DNA of 63,274 bases, counting the filler, from Reticulomyxa filosa (lineage: Eukaryota > Protista > Foraminifera), in assembly GCA_000512085.1 (NCBI GenBank). It is 26 parts of 26 records of this genome, joined end to end, with 100 filler letters (N's around TTAATTAATTAA, not from the genome) between each part and the next. Parts side by side here need not be neighbours in the genome. Positions count along the whole stretch, not along the records: positions 38,250 to 40,226 come from ASPP01024795.1; positions 40,327 to 41,706 come from ASPP01001923.1; positions 41,807 to 43,241 come from ASPP01025618.1; positions 43,342 to 45,686 come from ASPP01017186.1; positions 45,787 to 49,493 come from ASPP01010616.1; positions 49,594 to 56,199 come from ASPP01028570.1; 20 more parts are not named here. One strand, written 5' to 3'. Position 1 is the stretch's first letter. Each line of letters opens with the position of its first letter. Positions 38,150 to 50,149 of the stretch are shown piece after piece. The notes under the pieces are model-generated. The model saw nothing but the letters and a program-made list of their open reading frames with translations. It did no database searches and had not been told where the DNA came from. A program made the translations under genes and the position numbers.

Positions 38150-39003
38150 NNNNNNNNNNNNNNNNNNNNNNNNNNNNNNNNNNNNNNNNNNNNTTAATTA
38201 ATTAANNNNNNNNNNNNNNNNNNNNNNNNNNNNNNNNNNNNNNNNNNNNAATATTTTATTGATTTTTGAAAATTTTCGAAAAAAGTTTACAATATGTATT
38301 TGTCGTAACAATGAAATTTGACAATTTTTTTAAGTATTTTTGATGATGACATTCAATCGATTTTTTTTCTTCAATGATTTTATTGTATTGATTTATTTTT
38401 AACCAATGAAAATTGAAATTTCTTGTAAATTCAATTTATTCTATTTTTTTCTAATTCGATATATTTCTATACGATTCTGATTTTATTCAATCAATTTTTG
38501 TAATTTATCGTTCAATTCAATACTTTGTCATTAAAGGCATTAGTCCTTTTGTTGTTTTTCAATTAATATGTCTCTTTCGATAGCGCAAAGATTGTTATAT
38601 TGTTATGATTAAGAGATTTTTTGAATGATGATTTTGCGAATATAAATGTATTTATTGTTTCCAAAAATAGCAACGATTTTTGTTTTGATTTGCGAACGCC
38701 CAATGTTTTCAAGTTATCAATTGTGTTTGTTTCAACTCGAAAATTAGAAGCAAAAAACAAAAAGAAACAAAAAATCATCACGCCAATCAACAAATCTCCC
38801 TTTGTTTTTTATTCAGGTTAAAAATTTGTTGGTTCAATAATGATTCTTTTCACCAACCAAACAAACAAAAAAAAAACAAAAAGGTAAAATAAAGCAAAGC
38901 AAAACAGACTATAATAGCATTGACGTTGAAAGAATGAAAATAGTGAAAAACAATAGGAACATGATCAAATGATTAAGACATATATGTCTATATGTGTATA
39001 TAA

Positions 39004-40200
39004 TCAATCAGTTTTTTTCTTTCGACAGCAATTGACGCATCTTTCAAAAGCAGAATAGATGGTATTTGCAATGGAGTCTAAAGTTTGTTCAACCCAGCCT
39101 TTGGGAGTGTTGTCATCATTGTTGCTTTTGTCTTTGTACAAATGCACTTTATTTTGCAGCATGAAGCCGCCAAACGTTTGTTTTTCTTTGCGTTTGGCCT
39201 CTCGAAGTGTTTTTTTTATACTGTTTAATTGCTTCTTTGTGGTCTAACAACAACAACAACAACAACAACAACAATAACAAATAATATTATTTCAAACAGT
39301 AAGGACACATTTGCAAATGAAAAAGACAAGTCGATAATATGTTACACAACCTCAATGGCTTGTGGCTCCACATTGGGTAATGCCAAAATGGCCTCTAAAT
39401 CGACGACGGCATCTTCAAGCCTATGTAGCACTTTGTACGCAAACGCTCGTCGCATTAAGGCTTTGGGCGCTTGCGGATTGATCTGCAACGCGTTGTTGGC
39501 ATATTCAATGGCTTTGTGTGGATTGTTCATCTGCAAGGCACAAGCGCTGCAGTTCATATAGCACTTCAATTGTTCCTCTTTAAATTCCTCGTCGCTTATT
39601 CGATGTTCTGCTCTTATTTTTTCCTCGGGTATTACTTCTCTGTCGCTCATTGCTTTAAACGTTTGCACTGCCTTTTTTTTTTTAAATGTTGAATTATTAT
39701 TTAAACTGAATTAAATTGAATCGAATCGAATTGAATTAAATTGAATTAAATTGAATTGAATTGAATTGAATTGAAACAAATGATTCCAAAAAAAAAAAAA
39801 AAAAACTCAACTTTTTCATACAATCTCATCGCCGTTTGATATCTCTTGTTTTCATAACGTTGGTTGCCTTTGTTTCGAAAAGATTGAACCAATTCCAATT
39901 GCTCTCGAAAAGTCATGTCAAAAGAGTTTTTCAATGGCGGCATGCAGTCAATGAGCTTGACGTCAAAGACCAAAGGGAAGTCCATGCTGTCGTTGTTGGC
40001 AGGACACTTTTCGGGCAACTTTGCCGCGCCGTAGCTGTACTCTGGAGAGTGGATCTCAATGCGACAGTAGTCGCCGACGTTCATTGTCGCCAGCGACATT
40101 TCCACCCCTTTGCAATGTCCCGCTTGTCCAAGCACAAAATCCCGTTCTTCAAATAGGTGCTCTTCAAACACCACGCCTTTGCTCGTGCTACCTTTCACGT
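39004..40200 (-). CDS. FKBP-type PPIase domain + TPR co-chaperone (FKBP4/5/8/ROF-like), 5' truncated
   Basis: FVLGQ..CKGVEMSLATMNVGD..YSYG..LVFDVKL, then TPRs KGNQRY..., MNCSACAL..., KALMRRAFAY. Last exon ends CVNCCRKKKTD*. Confidence 0.88.
39706..39775. repeat. Intronic (AATTG)n pentanucleotide microsatellite
   Basis: About 14 units seen directly. Confidence 0.9.
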
Positions 40201-40344
40201 TGTACTTTTTTTTTTTTATTTTTTTTNNNNNNNNNNNNNNNNNNNNNNNNNNNNNNNNNNNNNNNNNNNNTTAATTAATTAANNNNNNNNNNNNNNNNNN
40301 NNNNNNNNNNNNNNNNNNNNNNNNNNTTTTTTTCCTCCTCCTTA

Positions 40345-41004
40345 CGTAGCCCAAGTAGCCAACAGCTGGATAGTGACTGGCGACCATCATGATCATTGGA
40401 GATCCACTTTGGCTGCCATTGAATCCGTAGCTGGGCCCAAATGTTACGGCTATGTCGACTACGTATAATTGGGCGTATAATGATTTTTTAATGACAGGTG
40501 GACAAGAAAGTCCGTCCATCAATTCTGATGTCCCTGCTGGACATTGTCCTAGACAAACCCACTCCAAGTATCGCTCTGAGTTTGCCATTTGGGGTATCAC
40601 TGCTTCCCCCTTTGATCGTCTTCACTGATGTGCGCAATATGACCAATATCATGGATCAAGTGCTGCTCAATCAGGAAATCATCACCATCAATCCACAGAA
40701 TGAAACCCCTGCTGGCGTTCGCTTGGGCACCAACTTCTGCGCTCAGAACCAAACGGATACAAGCTGTCAGGTGTGAACCAGGACACTGTTTGATGGCAGC
40801 GTCGCCGTTTGCTTGTTCAATACTGACAATCAACAACAGTCCATTCGCGTTCTGTTGAGTCAGGTCAACCCTTCGTGGAATAATCAAACCACGGTCGCAG
40901 TCAGAGACTTGTGGGCACACCAAGATCTTGGAATGTTCACTGGACAGTTCCAAGCTAATGTCGATTGGCATGACAATGCCTTTGTCGTTATGAAAAACCA
41001 ATAA
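40345..41004 (+). pseudogene. GH27 alpha-galactosidase / alpha-N-acetylgalactosaminidase C-terminal half, disrupted
   Basis: VANSWIVTGDHHDHW, DFLMTGG, YRSEFAIWGITASPL..TDVRNMT..LLNQEII, VRDLWAHQDLG. Two frameshifts plus an in-frame TGA at 40774-40776. Confidence 0.85.
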
Positions 41005-43437
41005 ATGTATAGATTATTGTTTTTTTCCCCAGATAAAATGTAAAAATAAAAATATTAAGATATCGACAAATAAATATGTTTTTAAATTAGCAAAAAATAT
41101 TTTTGAAAGAAAAACATCGTTAAAACGTCATCAATTACTTTTTTTTTAATCAAAGCAAAAAAAATATTCTTATTTACGAGATTTCACAGGTCGGCCACAA
41201 GGGCGTTACGAGCAATATCCCAAATTCTGAGACTGCTGAGGCAGTTAGTGTATGTCACAAACAAGAAATTTTTCTTATTTTGTAGCTACCTTTTTGAGGT
41301 AGTTACAAACCTCATTATGGTCCTGGTCCCTTACCTTTTACAAAATTTCATGCACCACTTTTTTTTTTGCCACAAAATTGGTTAGAAATTTAAACTTCGT
41401 GTTTTGATTCGAATATCTTTATTCAAATACAATTTTGAAATTTCTTATCATTGTGATATTTGCATCTCAAAAGGAAAAAATTGCCTTGTTTCAAATATTA
41501 TTTATTTGAGATGAACAAAAAGAATGCAGGCAAAAAGTCTGCTTTACAAACAACGGAGCATTTTGTGTTTTGTTTAAATTATGAAATAAAACATGATCTA
41601 AAAAAAAGGGGGCGATTGCCTCAAAAAAAAAATGACAAAAATTAAAACACTTTCGTAAAATAGCGTTTCCTTTACTTTCAGAAAATTCCATTTTATCAAT
41701 CCAAAGNNNNNNNNNNNNNNNNNNNNNNNNNNNNNNNNNNNNNNNNNNNNTTAATTAATTAANNNNNNNNNNNNNNNNNNNNNNNNNNNNNNNNNNNNNN
41801 NNNNNNTTGTTCGTGCACAAGTGGTTGTCCTCTTTTGCGTGAATCTATTGTAATCACATACATTAGTTTCCCTAATTCAAGAAAAATATCTTCAGGAATT
41901 CCTAAAAAATCTATACAAAACCGAAAAATTACTTTTAATTTCAATAATCAGTATTTTTTAATAAAAATGTGGTAATATTTAAAATTGTGGGTCATTTTTT
42001 AATTTTTTTGAATCTGTTTTTGAAAATAACACTGTTTTTGTTTGTGTAAATAGAAAATTGTTTTTTAATTCAGCAATTATAGTTTAAGTCTATTATTGTG
42101 TTATTGATCTGTTTTCTCAAAAGTATCAAATATAAAATTCAATTTTAGTGCAAATATTTTTCACGTATCTTTATCAAATTGACAAAAATTCCAAAATAAA
42201 TCAAACAACAATTCAAAGCATAAATTGAATAAATTAAAAAAAGAAAATCAAAATAAACTTTATTCACGAATTGGACCTTTATATGAACCATAATATAAAT
42301 GAACACCACAATAATCTTTTACAAAATTGCTAATTCAGATAATTGTCAGCACGTGTTACCTAAAATGGCCATGTACTACAGACAAGGTATAATCCATCAT
42401 TTGACTGAATTAGAAGAACTTTTGTTAAATGATAATTAGTTTAATTTTATAACACAATATAGAAAATTTTCCAAAAAGCTTGTCTAGTTCCATACTCAAA
42501 AATAATATTATAATCTGAAAAAATAGTACAAATACATCTATCCTTATCTCAATGATTTCCAACTAATTTGATATTCACAAACTAATCCAAATGAGATTTT
42601 AAAAAAACTAACTCCAATTGGGATTTAATGTGTATTTGTTCAAATTTCTACTTGATTAAATGAAATAAAAGAAGATTTATTTTTTTAGATCCAAACTTTA
42701 CAATGAGAATAGTAACAAATGGATATTGGTGATAATCGAAGATTTTTTGATCACGTCCTAACCTTGAGATAAAAAGTCCATAGAAGCTATAAACAAATAA
42801 ATTTGAACATCGTTATTTTTTTCTTTTTTTCAACAGTGTAAATGAAACTTCTTTGTATTTAAAATGCATACTACATTAGGTTACAAAAAAAACCTGCAGC
42901 ATAAAATGCCACCAATTGATGTGATTATGTTAAAAGTTCTCTTTTTAGTTTTGTCTTTGTTTGATTTGAATTTTTTTGTATCCATTTTACTGGGCTACAT
43001 TGACACTGCGGCAATTAGTAAGTGATATAATTTTCATTTAGCAGTAACAATTCTTTAATATCGTATTGAATAAATTCTGTCATATTTTGAACAGTTAATT
43101 GATAATTATTAAATGTAAAGTACATGAAATCAACAATACTGACACTTCCAAAGTAATATTATGATACAATAATTTGAAAAGCAATTAATTGTTATGATCT
43201 TTTATTAAAATACAAAAAAAAATACCCCCTAAAATAGAACTNNNNNNNNNNNNNNNNNNNNNNNNNNNNNNNNNNNNNNNNNNNNTTAATTAATTAANNN
43301 NNNNNNNNNNNNNNNNNNNNNNNNNNNNNNNNNNNNNNNNNTTCATGGAAAAAAAAAAAAAAAAAAGAATATAAATTTTTTTTTTTCCACGGTAGTCTTC
43401 AGAAATGATAGAATTTAAAAAAAAATAAAAATAAAAA

Positions 43438-44121
43438 ATGCATAGCTTTTTACACGCAGACGAGTGGAATGAAGGATCGAAAACAGAAATGTCAGAGACT
43501 GCTCGTGGCGCAAATAGTCCCATAAGACAATTGCATTCGAATGCGTTGCCATCGGTGCATTCGCATAACTTGTCTCAGATGGAAATACTAAATGTGTGGC
43601 TGTGCGTAATGAACTGTACGTACTTCTTCACGCATTTGTTTCATATAATGACGCACGAACAAGCAGTGATTCAGTCGTATTACGTGAGGGTAAAAGATCC
43701 CAGTTTTGTGCCTTCTTCAGTGTCCATACAGATTGACAAATTGTATGATGCTACCAACTACTTTGATATCATTCAACGCGAAGATATCAATCCTATGAAT
43801 ATCTTAATCACTAAACTGTCCAAAGATCAATGGTACGATTTAAGCTCGAAAAAAGACAAATTCAATTTCCCAAAACGTCATGTCTTTTATGTTCGATATG
43901 CAATTATGTCTTTCTCTGGCTTCATAAAACGATTATTGCTTAAATTGATCCCCTCGTCTATACAACTTCTTTTTGGAAATCTTTATCATCGCTTTGACAG
44001 CTCCAAACCTTCTCAGGAGAAACTCTTGTCTGGACTCTTGGCTGGAACCAGTTTCATAGCTGTCACTATAGTATACAATTTATCAACTAAAATCATTATA
44101 GATGATATGAAATATATTTGA
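43438..44121 (+). CDS. Hypothetical protein, C-terminal part, with a hydrophobic tail
   Basis: 227-aa ORF, no recognised domain. Confidence 0.45.
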   Translation: MHSFLHADEWNEGSKTEMSETARGANSPIRQLHSNALPSVHSHNLSQMEILNVWLCVMNCTYFFTHLFHIMTHEQAVIQSYYVRVKDPSFVPSSVSIQIDKLYDATNYFDIIQREDINPMNILITKLSKDQWYDLSSKKDKFNFPKRHVFYVRYAIMSFSGFIKRLLLKLIPSSIQLLFGNLYHRFDSSKPSQEKLLSGLLAGTSFIAVTIVYNLSTKIIIDDMKYI

Positions 44122-44659
44122 GTCAATCACGCTTCGTGTATGCATGTTTTACTAATTCCGTTTGAGTTGTGCTTTCTTTTTTTTTTCCTTCACTAATTAT
44201 CTATCTGACAAATCGATGGAAAAGCAATAAAATAAACAAAATTAGTGCAAAGGTGTTTTCAATTTTTGTAAACTCTTTTTTTTTTTGAAACATAAACAAA
44301 TCAAAATTGGCAAAAAGTTGTAACTATAAAAAAAGCAAAATCAAGACAAAATTTAAAAAAATAAACAGACTAAACCTTTCTACTTTAATCAATGTCAGTA
44401 ATAAAAAAAATTCTAAAAAATGTAATCATAATTACCAGCGAGTCAAAAGGAGGAGAGGCAAAGTCAAAAGGAAACAACAGTAATTCATCACTGATAACGA
44501 TGTATGAGCACATTGACAAACTGCTACATTGCATGAACGACGTCACGCCACTGACAGTGTCAAGAAAATATAAGTCTCCAACAACAACAAAGTCTCTTAA
44601 ATAATGTTTGTTACATTACAAGACGTTTGTATATTTTAATGTAATGCATTTGCGGTATA

Positions 44660-45070
44660 GACGTCCACACGTGAAAAGTATTGCACCAGTGCATACCAAA
44701 CCATCTAAAACGCGCAAAAGGTCTCGAGGACGGCGGATGTGGGAATTTAATGTTAATATTTCATGTGTGCAAGATCGGAATATTACTTATAATAAACCGA
44801 GTCTATTGCTTATTTCGGTTTTTTTTTTTTTTTTATGTTTCTTTCTTGGTTTTGATGTTCTAATGGGCACATATATATATGAAGATGACGCGTTACAAAG
44901 GGGAATCAAAAAGTATGGAAAAGGTTCATGGGCTTTGATTATGAAAGATAAAGAGTTTGCTTACATGCTGTGCCACAGAAATGCTGTAATGCTTAAGGAC
45001 AGATTACCCTTTTTTCTGTCACTATGAAAGAAATTATAATCAGACGAGACTAGAAGTTGCAAGCGAATAA
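44660..45070 (+). CDS. Telobox-type (TRF/TRB-like) Myb domain protein fragment, possibly degenerate
   Basis: RKRSRGRRMWE...EDDALQRGIKKYGKGSWALIMKDKEFAYMLCHRNAVMLKDR matches the telobox Myb pattern ending LKD(K/R). Confidence 0.7.
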
Positions 45071-45799
45071 TTTTCCAAACATTTTCTTTATCACATAGTC
45101 TCTATCTTTTACGAATCACACTGTATAATACTTATTTCACAAAGAATATCTTGTCAGTAAAATTTTTGTAATTTCTCGAGTATATTAGTCACACTCACAC
45201 AACCGTATACTTGGACTAACTTTTGATAACTGCAGCATCATGAGAACTAGTAGAAGAGAATTTAGTAGGTACTTTCAGTAACATGATCACCAACGAGGTC
45301 AAATTTTCCATATTCAGTTAGACTGCGACATTGGGTTTTTTTTTTCAAAGAAAGGAAGAAAAAAATTCAACTTCCTTTAGATGAAAAAAAATAATAATGG
45401 TTTGGTAAGTATTGAATACTTACATGATTGATTTTTTTTAATAATTGTATTATGGGCAACAAAAATTTGTTCCACTTGTATTTATCATTTATTATATTTT
45501 TGTAAATAATGTGTACTATATTTACACTTTTTAAATAAAATTTATATATAATATGTTCAAAATTTTTCTTTAAGTTGTCCAATGAAAAATGAAGATGGAT
45601 GAAAGACAAAAGGTAAGTCACTTTTTAATATAAGAATCTTGTGTGAAATCAATGAAATTTGAAAATAAATTTTATAGCTTAACAAANNNNNNNNNNNNNN
45701 NNNNNNNNNNNNNNNNNNNNNNNNNNNNNNTTAATTAATTAANNNNNNNNNNNNNNNNNNNNNNNNNNNNNNNNNNNNNNNNNNNNTTTTTTTTTTTTT

Positions 45800-45833
<34 letters not shown>

Positions 45834-45859
45834 CATAAAATGTGAGATAAACATAACAC

Positions 45860-48800
45860 ATGATATTAGTCCATCCATTTTGAAGCAACATTTGAAACAA
45901 CGACATCAAAGAGTTGCCCATATCGTCAAAGTTAGCATCTGAACCTCCGTCGTATACTTCGGGCAAAACAATCGAGGACTTGCCTGCAAACAAAGTAGTC
46001 CCTAGCCTTGCAAAGCAAAAGATGGTGATAGCAATGAAGACCACAAACCACCCAAATTTGGGGACAATATCGTATAATGAGGCGAGTACAATCCGAATAC
46101 TTGGCAGTACGGTGAACATTCGCATTAATGACACCTGCAAAAATATTATCACCGATCGATATCGTCCAAACACCAGTGATAGCACGATTCCAATCAATGC
46201 ACCAATAAACAAAATCGCCTCCAGTCGATTGATCAAGATCCATTCTTTACGATCAAACTTGGACCTTTTTTTTTTTTTTTTTTTTTGCTATTTTTTATTA
46301 TAATGTTAACATACATCAAATAATATTTTTATTTTACAGATTCGTGTCATACCAAAAAGGTACTGCTTTCAAATGTCTTCCTTGCTTTTCCATAATTTTC
46401 CATTTCAGATTATCATAGCTTGGATCATCAGTGTCCAGTTTCTGTTCTTTCAGCCATTTTGCAACTGCATGTTGTATCAACGGAGGATCAGGGAGGGCTG
46501 TTCAAGTGGATTATTAATGTTATGTATTATCAATTTTTTTTTTTTTTTTTAAACAAAGATGTGACATTGTTTATCTCAATTCATTGTTCTTTTTTCGTTG
46601 TAAAGAATTGCAAAAACAAACCAATCAAGTCTAAAAAGCGTCGAAAACCAAATGCAAACCAACGGAGAAGGATCTCTGCTAAATTGAATCCAAAGCAAAA
46701 CCACAATGTCGTTTCCACCGTTTTGCCAGAAATCCCACCAAACCCAGTTATGCATGCAGAGATTATTGCAGGGGCTACTCCCAATGTAAGTACCCAATGA
46801 TGATACCGTTCATGTCGAAATACTATTTTTTTTTTTCCTTCTTTGCAATCAAAAAAAAAAAAAGAAAAATTTAAATATACGTATATATTGCAACATAACG
46901 CCGTGTCTCCAGCCATGGTTGAATTTGGTATCTGTTGGATGGACGATAAGCAATAGTAGTGGATGGTTGTGCATCTCCATAAGTGTCTTTGAATTGTTTC
47001 ATAGTAATTGGGAATGTGTCTGCGTTTGAGCGATCCCAAATTTCCTTTATTTTATTTGTTTATTTGTTTGTGAGTGATTTTATTTATAAATCCCAAAAAA
47101 AAAAAAAATAAAAAAAAAAAATGGACAAATCAATATTTTTTCACAAAACCTTTTCGGATAAAAAGTGACACCAACGAACAAGATTGTACATTTCTTTTTT
47201 GAAAATTTTTTTATCGCCATTGGTGTCAATCATAAGAAAGGTGGCCTCCAAGGCTTCATTTTTCTGAGTTTCCATTTTTTCTTCATAAAACTCTCGACTT
47301 TGTCCAAACGACTCCTGAAAGCGATTGATGACAATTGGGATCAAGACAAACAGACCAATGACCACCAGTGTCATCGAATACAATAAGATTTCGAGCGTGG
47401 GTCTCCCACTTTTTTCGCCATAGATTAGATCCGGATAGTTTTCACCAGTTGTCACAAATGCAAAGCTTGTCAACAGCGCAGGTGCAAGTTCCACAAAATT
47501 GTTGGTCAATTTATCGGCATTGATTGCTTTCCGAAGCAACGCAACACCTTTATATATATGTTATGTGTATATATATACATACATATATATATATATTTTT
47601 TTTTTTTTAAAAAAAAAAAGAAATGAAAATTTATGATTTTGGAATTGTGAAGGAAAGTATGGAATGCAAAAAAAAAAAAAAAAGAGTAGTAACATACCCA
47701 CACAAGCAGCAAATAACACAACGCAAAACCAAACCAAAAGTACGTCCCTCGCTTTGAAGATAGCCTTTGCAAAATCTTGAACGAATTGATACAGCTGATC
47801 GACTCGAATGATCAGCAGCAGTCCTTCCAAGGGGACATACGAACTCAGTCTCAATCCACTGGTTAGTGCACACGCGCAGTCGGCGGCAAAGAAAATCAGC
47901 AATGATAAGTATACTGCCAAGCGCTCCCACTCTGGGAAGTTGTACCATTGACAAGTGCATCGCTGACATCGTAGGGTCGCCATAGGGGTCTTTGGCAATA
48001 ACACGACCACGATTACTTGGATAATGATATCGGCCCATAAAAACGCCAACAGTGCACTTCTCGTCCACCACACCCAGGGGGCGTCCCAAGCGCCTGTGAC
48101 CAAGAACGCCAACATGGCTGTCTTGACGGCCATGTTAAAGTACTCTTTGAGCGAGAATAAGTCCAACTCCTTCACACAAAAGATCTGTCCCATTTGAATG
48201 TGCACCTCGCAATCCTCCACTATCGAACGCGTATTATACCTTTCCTTGGCTCGCAGAAATAGCACTGCACAACGTCCGAAATACTCGTTCACGCTATCCA
48301 CTGCAATGGGGCCACGATGTCTCTTTCGTATTCGAATCCATTCTGTCGTCATCGCACCTGAAGTTGTACATATACGTATACACATACACATACGTATAAT
48401 GACAAAAGTGCTTTGGACATACACATTATATATATATATATATATATAATGTGTATGTCCAAAGCAGTTTTTGATATCAAAACTTCGAATGGTTTCAAAT
48501 TTAACATTTCGATTAGCAGATTCGTCATCCATGAAAGACTCTTTTGTGGGTTCCGTTTGTTGTTCTTTTTGCTGTTGAGTGATTTGTATCAACAGCATTC
48601 GCAGTCCGACGGGTAGTCCCAACGCGAATATCAAAGCCGCAATTGCGCCCAGAGAGATCTCCAACCCAGCTGTTGGCACTTGCAACAATCCCACTGTCAT
48701 CGTGAGCAAGCAGGCCAAAGCGATGACAAAGCCCAGCTGTTCCACGGTGACCGGTTGTTCTTTCAGCATTTCCAGCACGTATACGAAGATGATGATGACA

Positions 48801-49418
48801 ATGGCATTAATGAAGAAGGTCATCACGGTATCGTCTCGAACGGGATTGGATAACTCGTCAACGTCCACAGATGTGACAATGGTCCAATCTAAAAAGCCTT
48901 TGCTTGACAAACGTCCTGCAACGACCCAAGGATATGATAGAGGCACGTGGATGCGACGAGGTGCTCCGTTTTTGTTCAATCGATCCAGTCCATGCACCGA
49001 TATCACCTCCTTTGAAATCACAGCTATTTCCTTGTTGCTATGATTGACCGCTGCCAAACTTGTGTACACTTTTGATGAAGAGAACGACTCCGTTATCGAC
49101 TGCGGGCAGTCCTGAGACTGCTCTGTCTCCTCCAATGCACCTCCGACGGACGTTGCCGTCAAATAGTTGGGCGACTGCGTTTCAAAAATCCATGAATATA
49201 TCGTATTGTTCTTCTTCAAGCGAGAATCCAACTCAGAGGTTAAGATCAAATCATAGCTTAAATCCTTTTTTTTTGTTTGTTTGTTTGTCCATAAACACAT
49301 AAAGATACATTACATAATATATATATATATATATGTAATGTAGACTAACACTAAAGTCGTAATCCACATTGAATATTGTAAACAATGTTCCGTTACTATT
49401 TTGAATGGCTGCGGAGGC
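45860..49418 (-). CDS. Two-pore channel (TPC)-like cation channel with N-terminal Cache-like domain and 3 extra TM helices; multi-exon, truncated at both ends
   Basis: Domain I pore FAFVTTGENYPDLIY plus S6. Inter-domain EF-hand FLMIDTNGDKKIFKKE. Domain II NFDDMGNSLMSLFQMLLQNGWTNIM. TPC-like pre-S1 CAVLFLRAKERYNTRSI. Upstream Cache-like motifs NSNGTLFTIFNVDYDFS, WIFET..YLTATS and GFLDWTIVTSV. Confidence 0.8.
48409..48466. repeat. Perfect palindrome centred on (TA)n, in a probable intron
   Basis: TGCTTTGGACATACACATTA-(TA)n-TAATGTGTATGTCCAAAGCA. Confidence 0.9.
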
Positions 49419-50149
49419 CTGTAGCATAAATAATAAAGTTATTGTTCGAACATATAAAACAATGTACAGTTATGCATATGCATGTGTGTGTGTNNNNNNN
49501 NNNNNNNNNNNNNNNNNNNNNNNNNNNNNNNNNNNNNTTAATTAATTAANNNNNNNNNNNNNNNNNNNNNNNNNNNNNNNNNNNNNNNNNNNNGGTTTCG
49601 GTTTTGCCCGAGGTTCAGTAGAGGTTACCGACCCTCGGGGTTCTGCCAAAAACAAAAAACTGGTATTTGCCTCGAAATTGCCAATTTCTCAAAGGCGCCG
49701 AACACTCCTCCCGTTTCCGTAAAAAGGTTACTATCCCAGTTACCAGGAGTTTGCACCTTGTTACTCTTAAAGCAACTTAATACAAGATACGTGTAGTTTA
49801 AAATGCACTTCCACCTCAAAGTACACAACACACTAGATGCTGAGCCGACAATAATCCCTCGAATGAATTTTAACGAAAAACATTGCCAAAAACAAGGTAA
49901 AAAGCCTCACTCCACTCACAATGTTAGAAAATCCAACTACTATAAAAATTTTATATCACTATTAAAAATTTTCTAGTTATAATTTTCTTTCTTTCTTTCT
50001 TGGTCAGTGGACTAGACGACTTTGGAAATTTTTTTTTTAATTATTTATTTGTAACGTATTATATTATTTATTACTGTATTCATGTTTGAGTGATTTGCTT
50101 GTTTTACAATATTTTCCTTATATCAATTCAACAATTACATTCTTCCACG

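Noticed and set aside
40774-40776. Alternative genetic code (UGA=Trp)
   Set aside because: It is a single instance in a gene that also has frameshifts. Intact genes here use TGG, and TGA acts as a stop (e.g. the FKBP gene)
41807-43241. FLGIPEDIFLELG and YGSYKG resembling eukaryotic RdRP motifs
   Set aside because: The matches are too short, there is no DxDGD motif and there is no sustained reading frame
48579-49043. Antisense ORFs opposite the channel, USB1, DUF1336 and TPR genes
   Set aside because: They are shadow ORFs with no independent protein features
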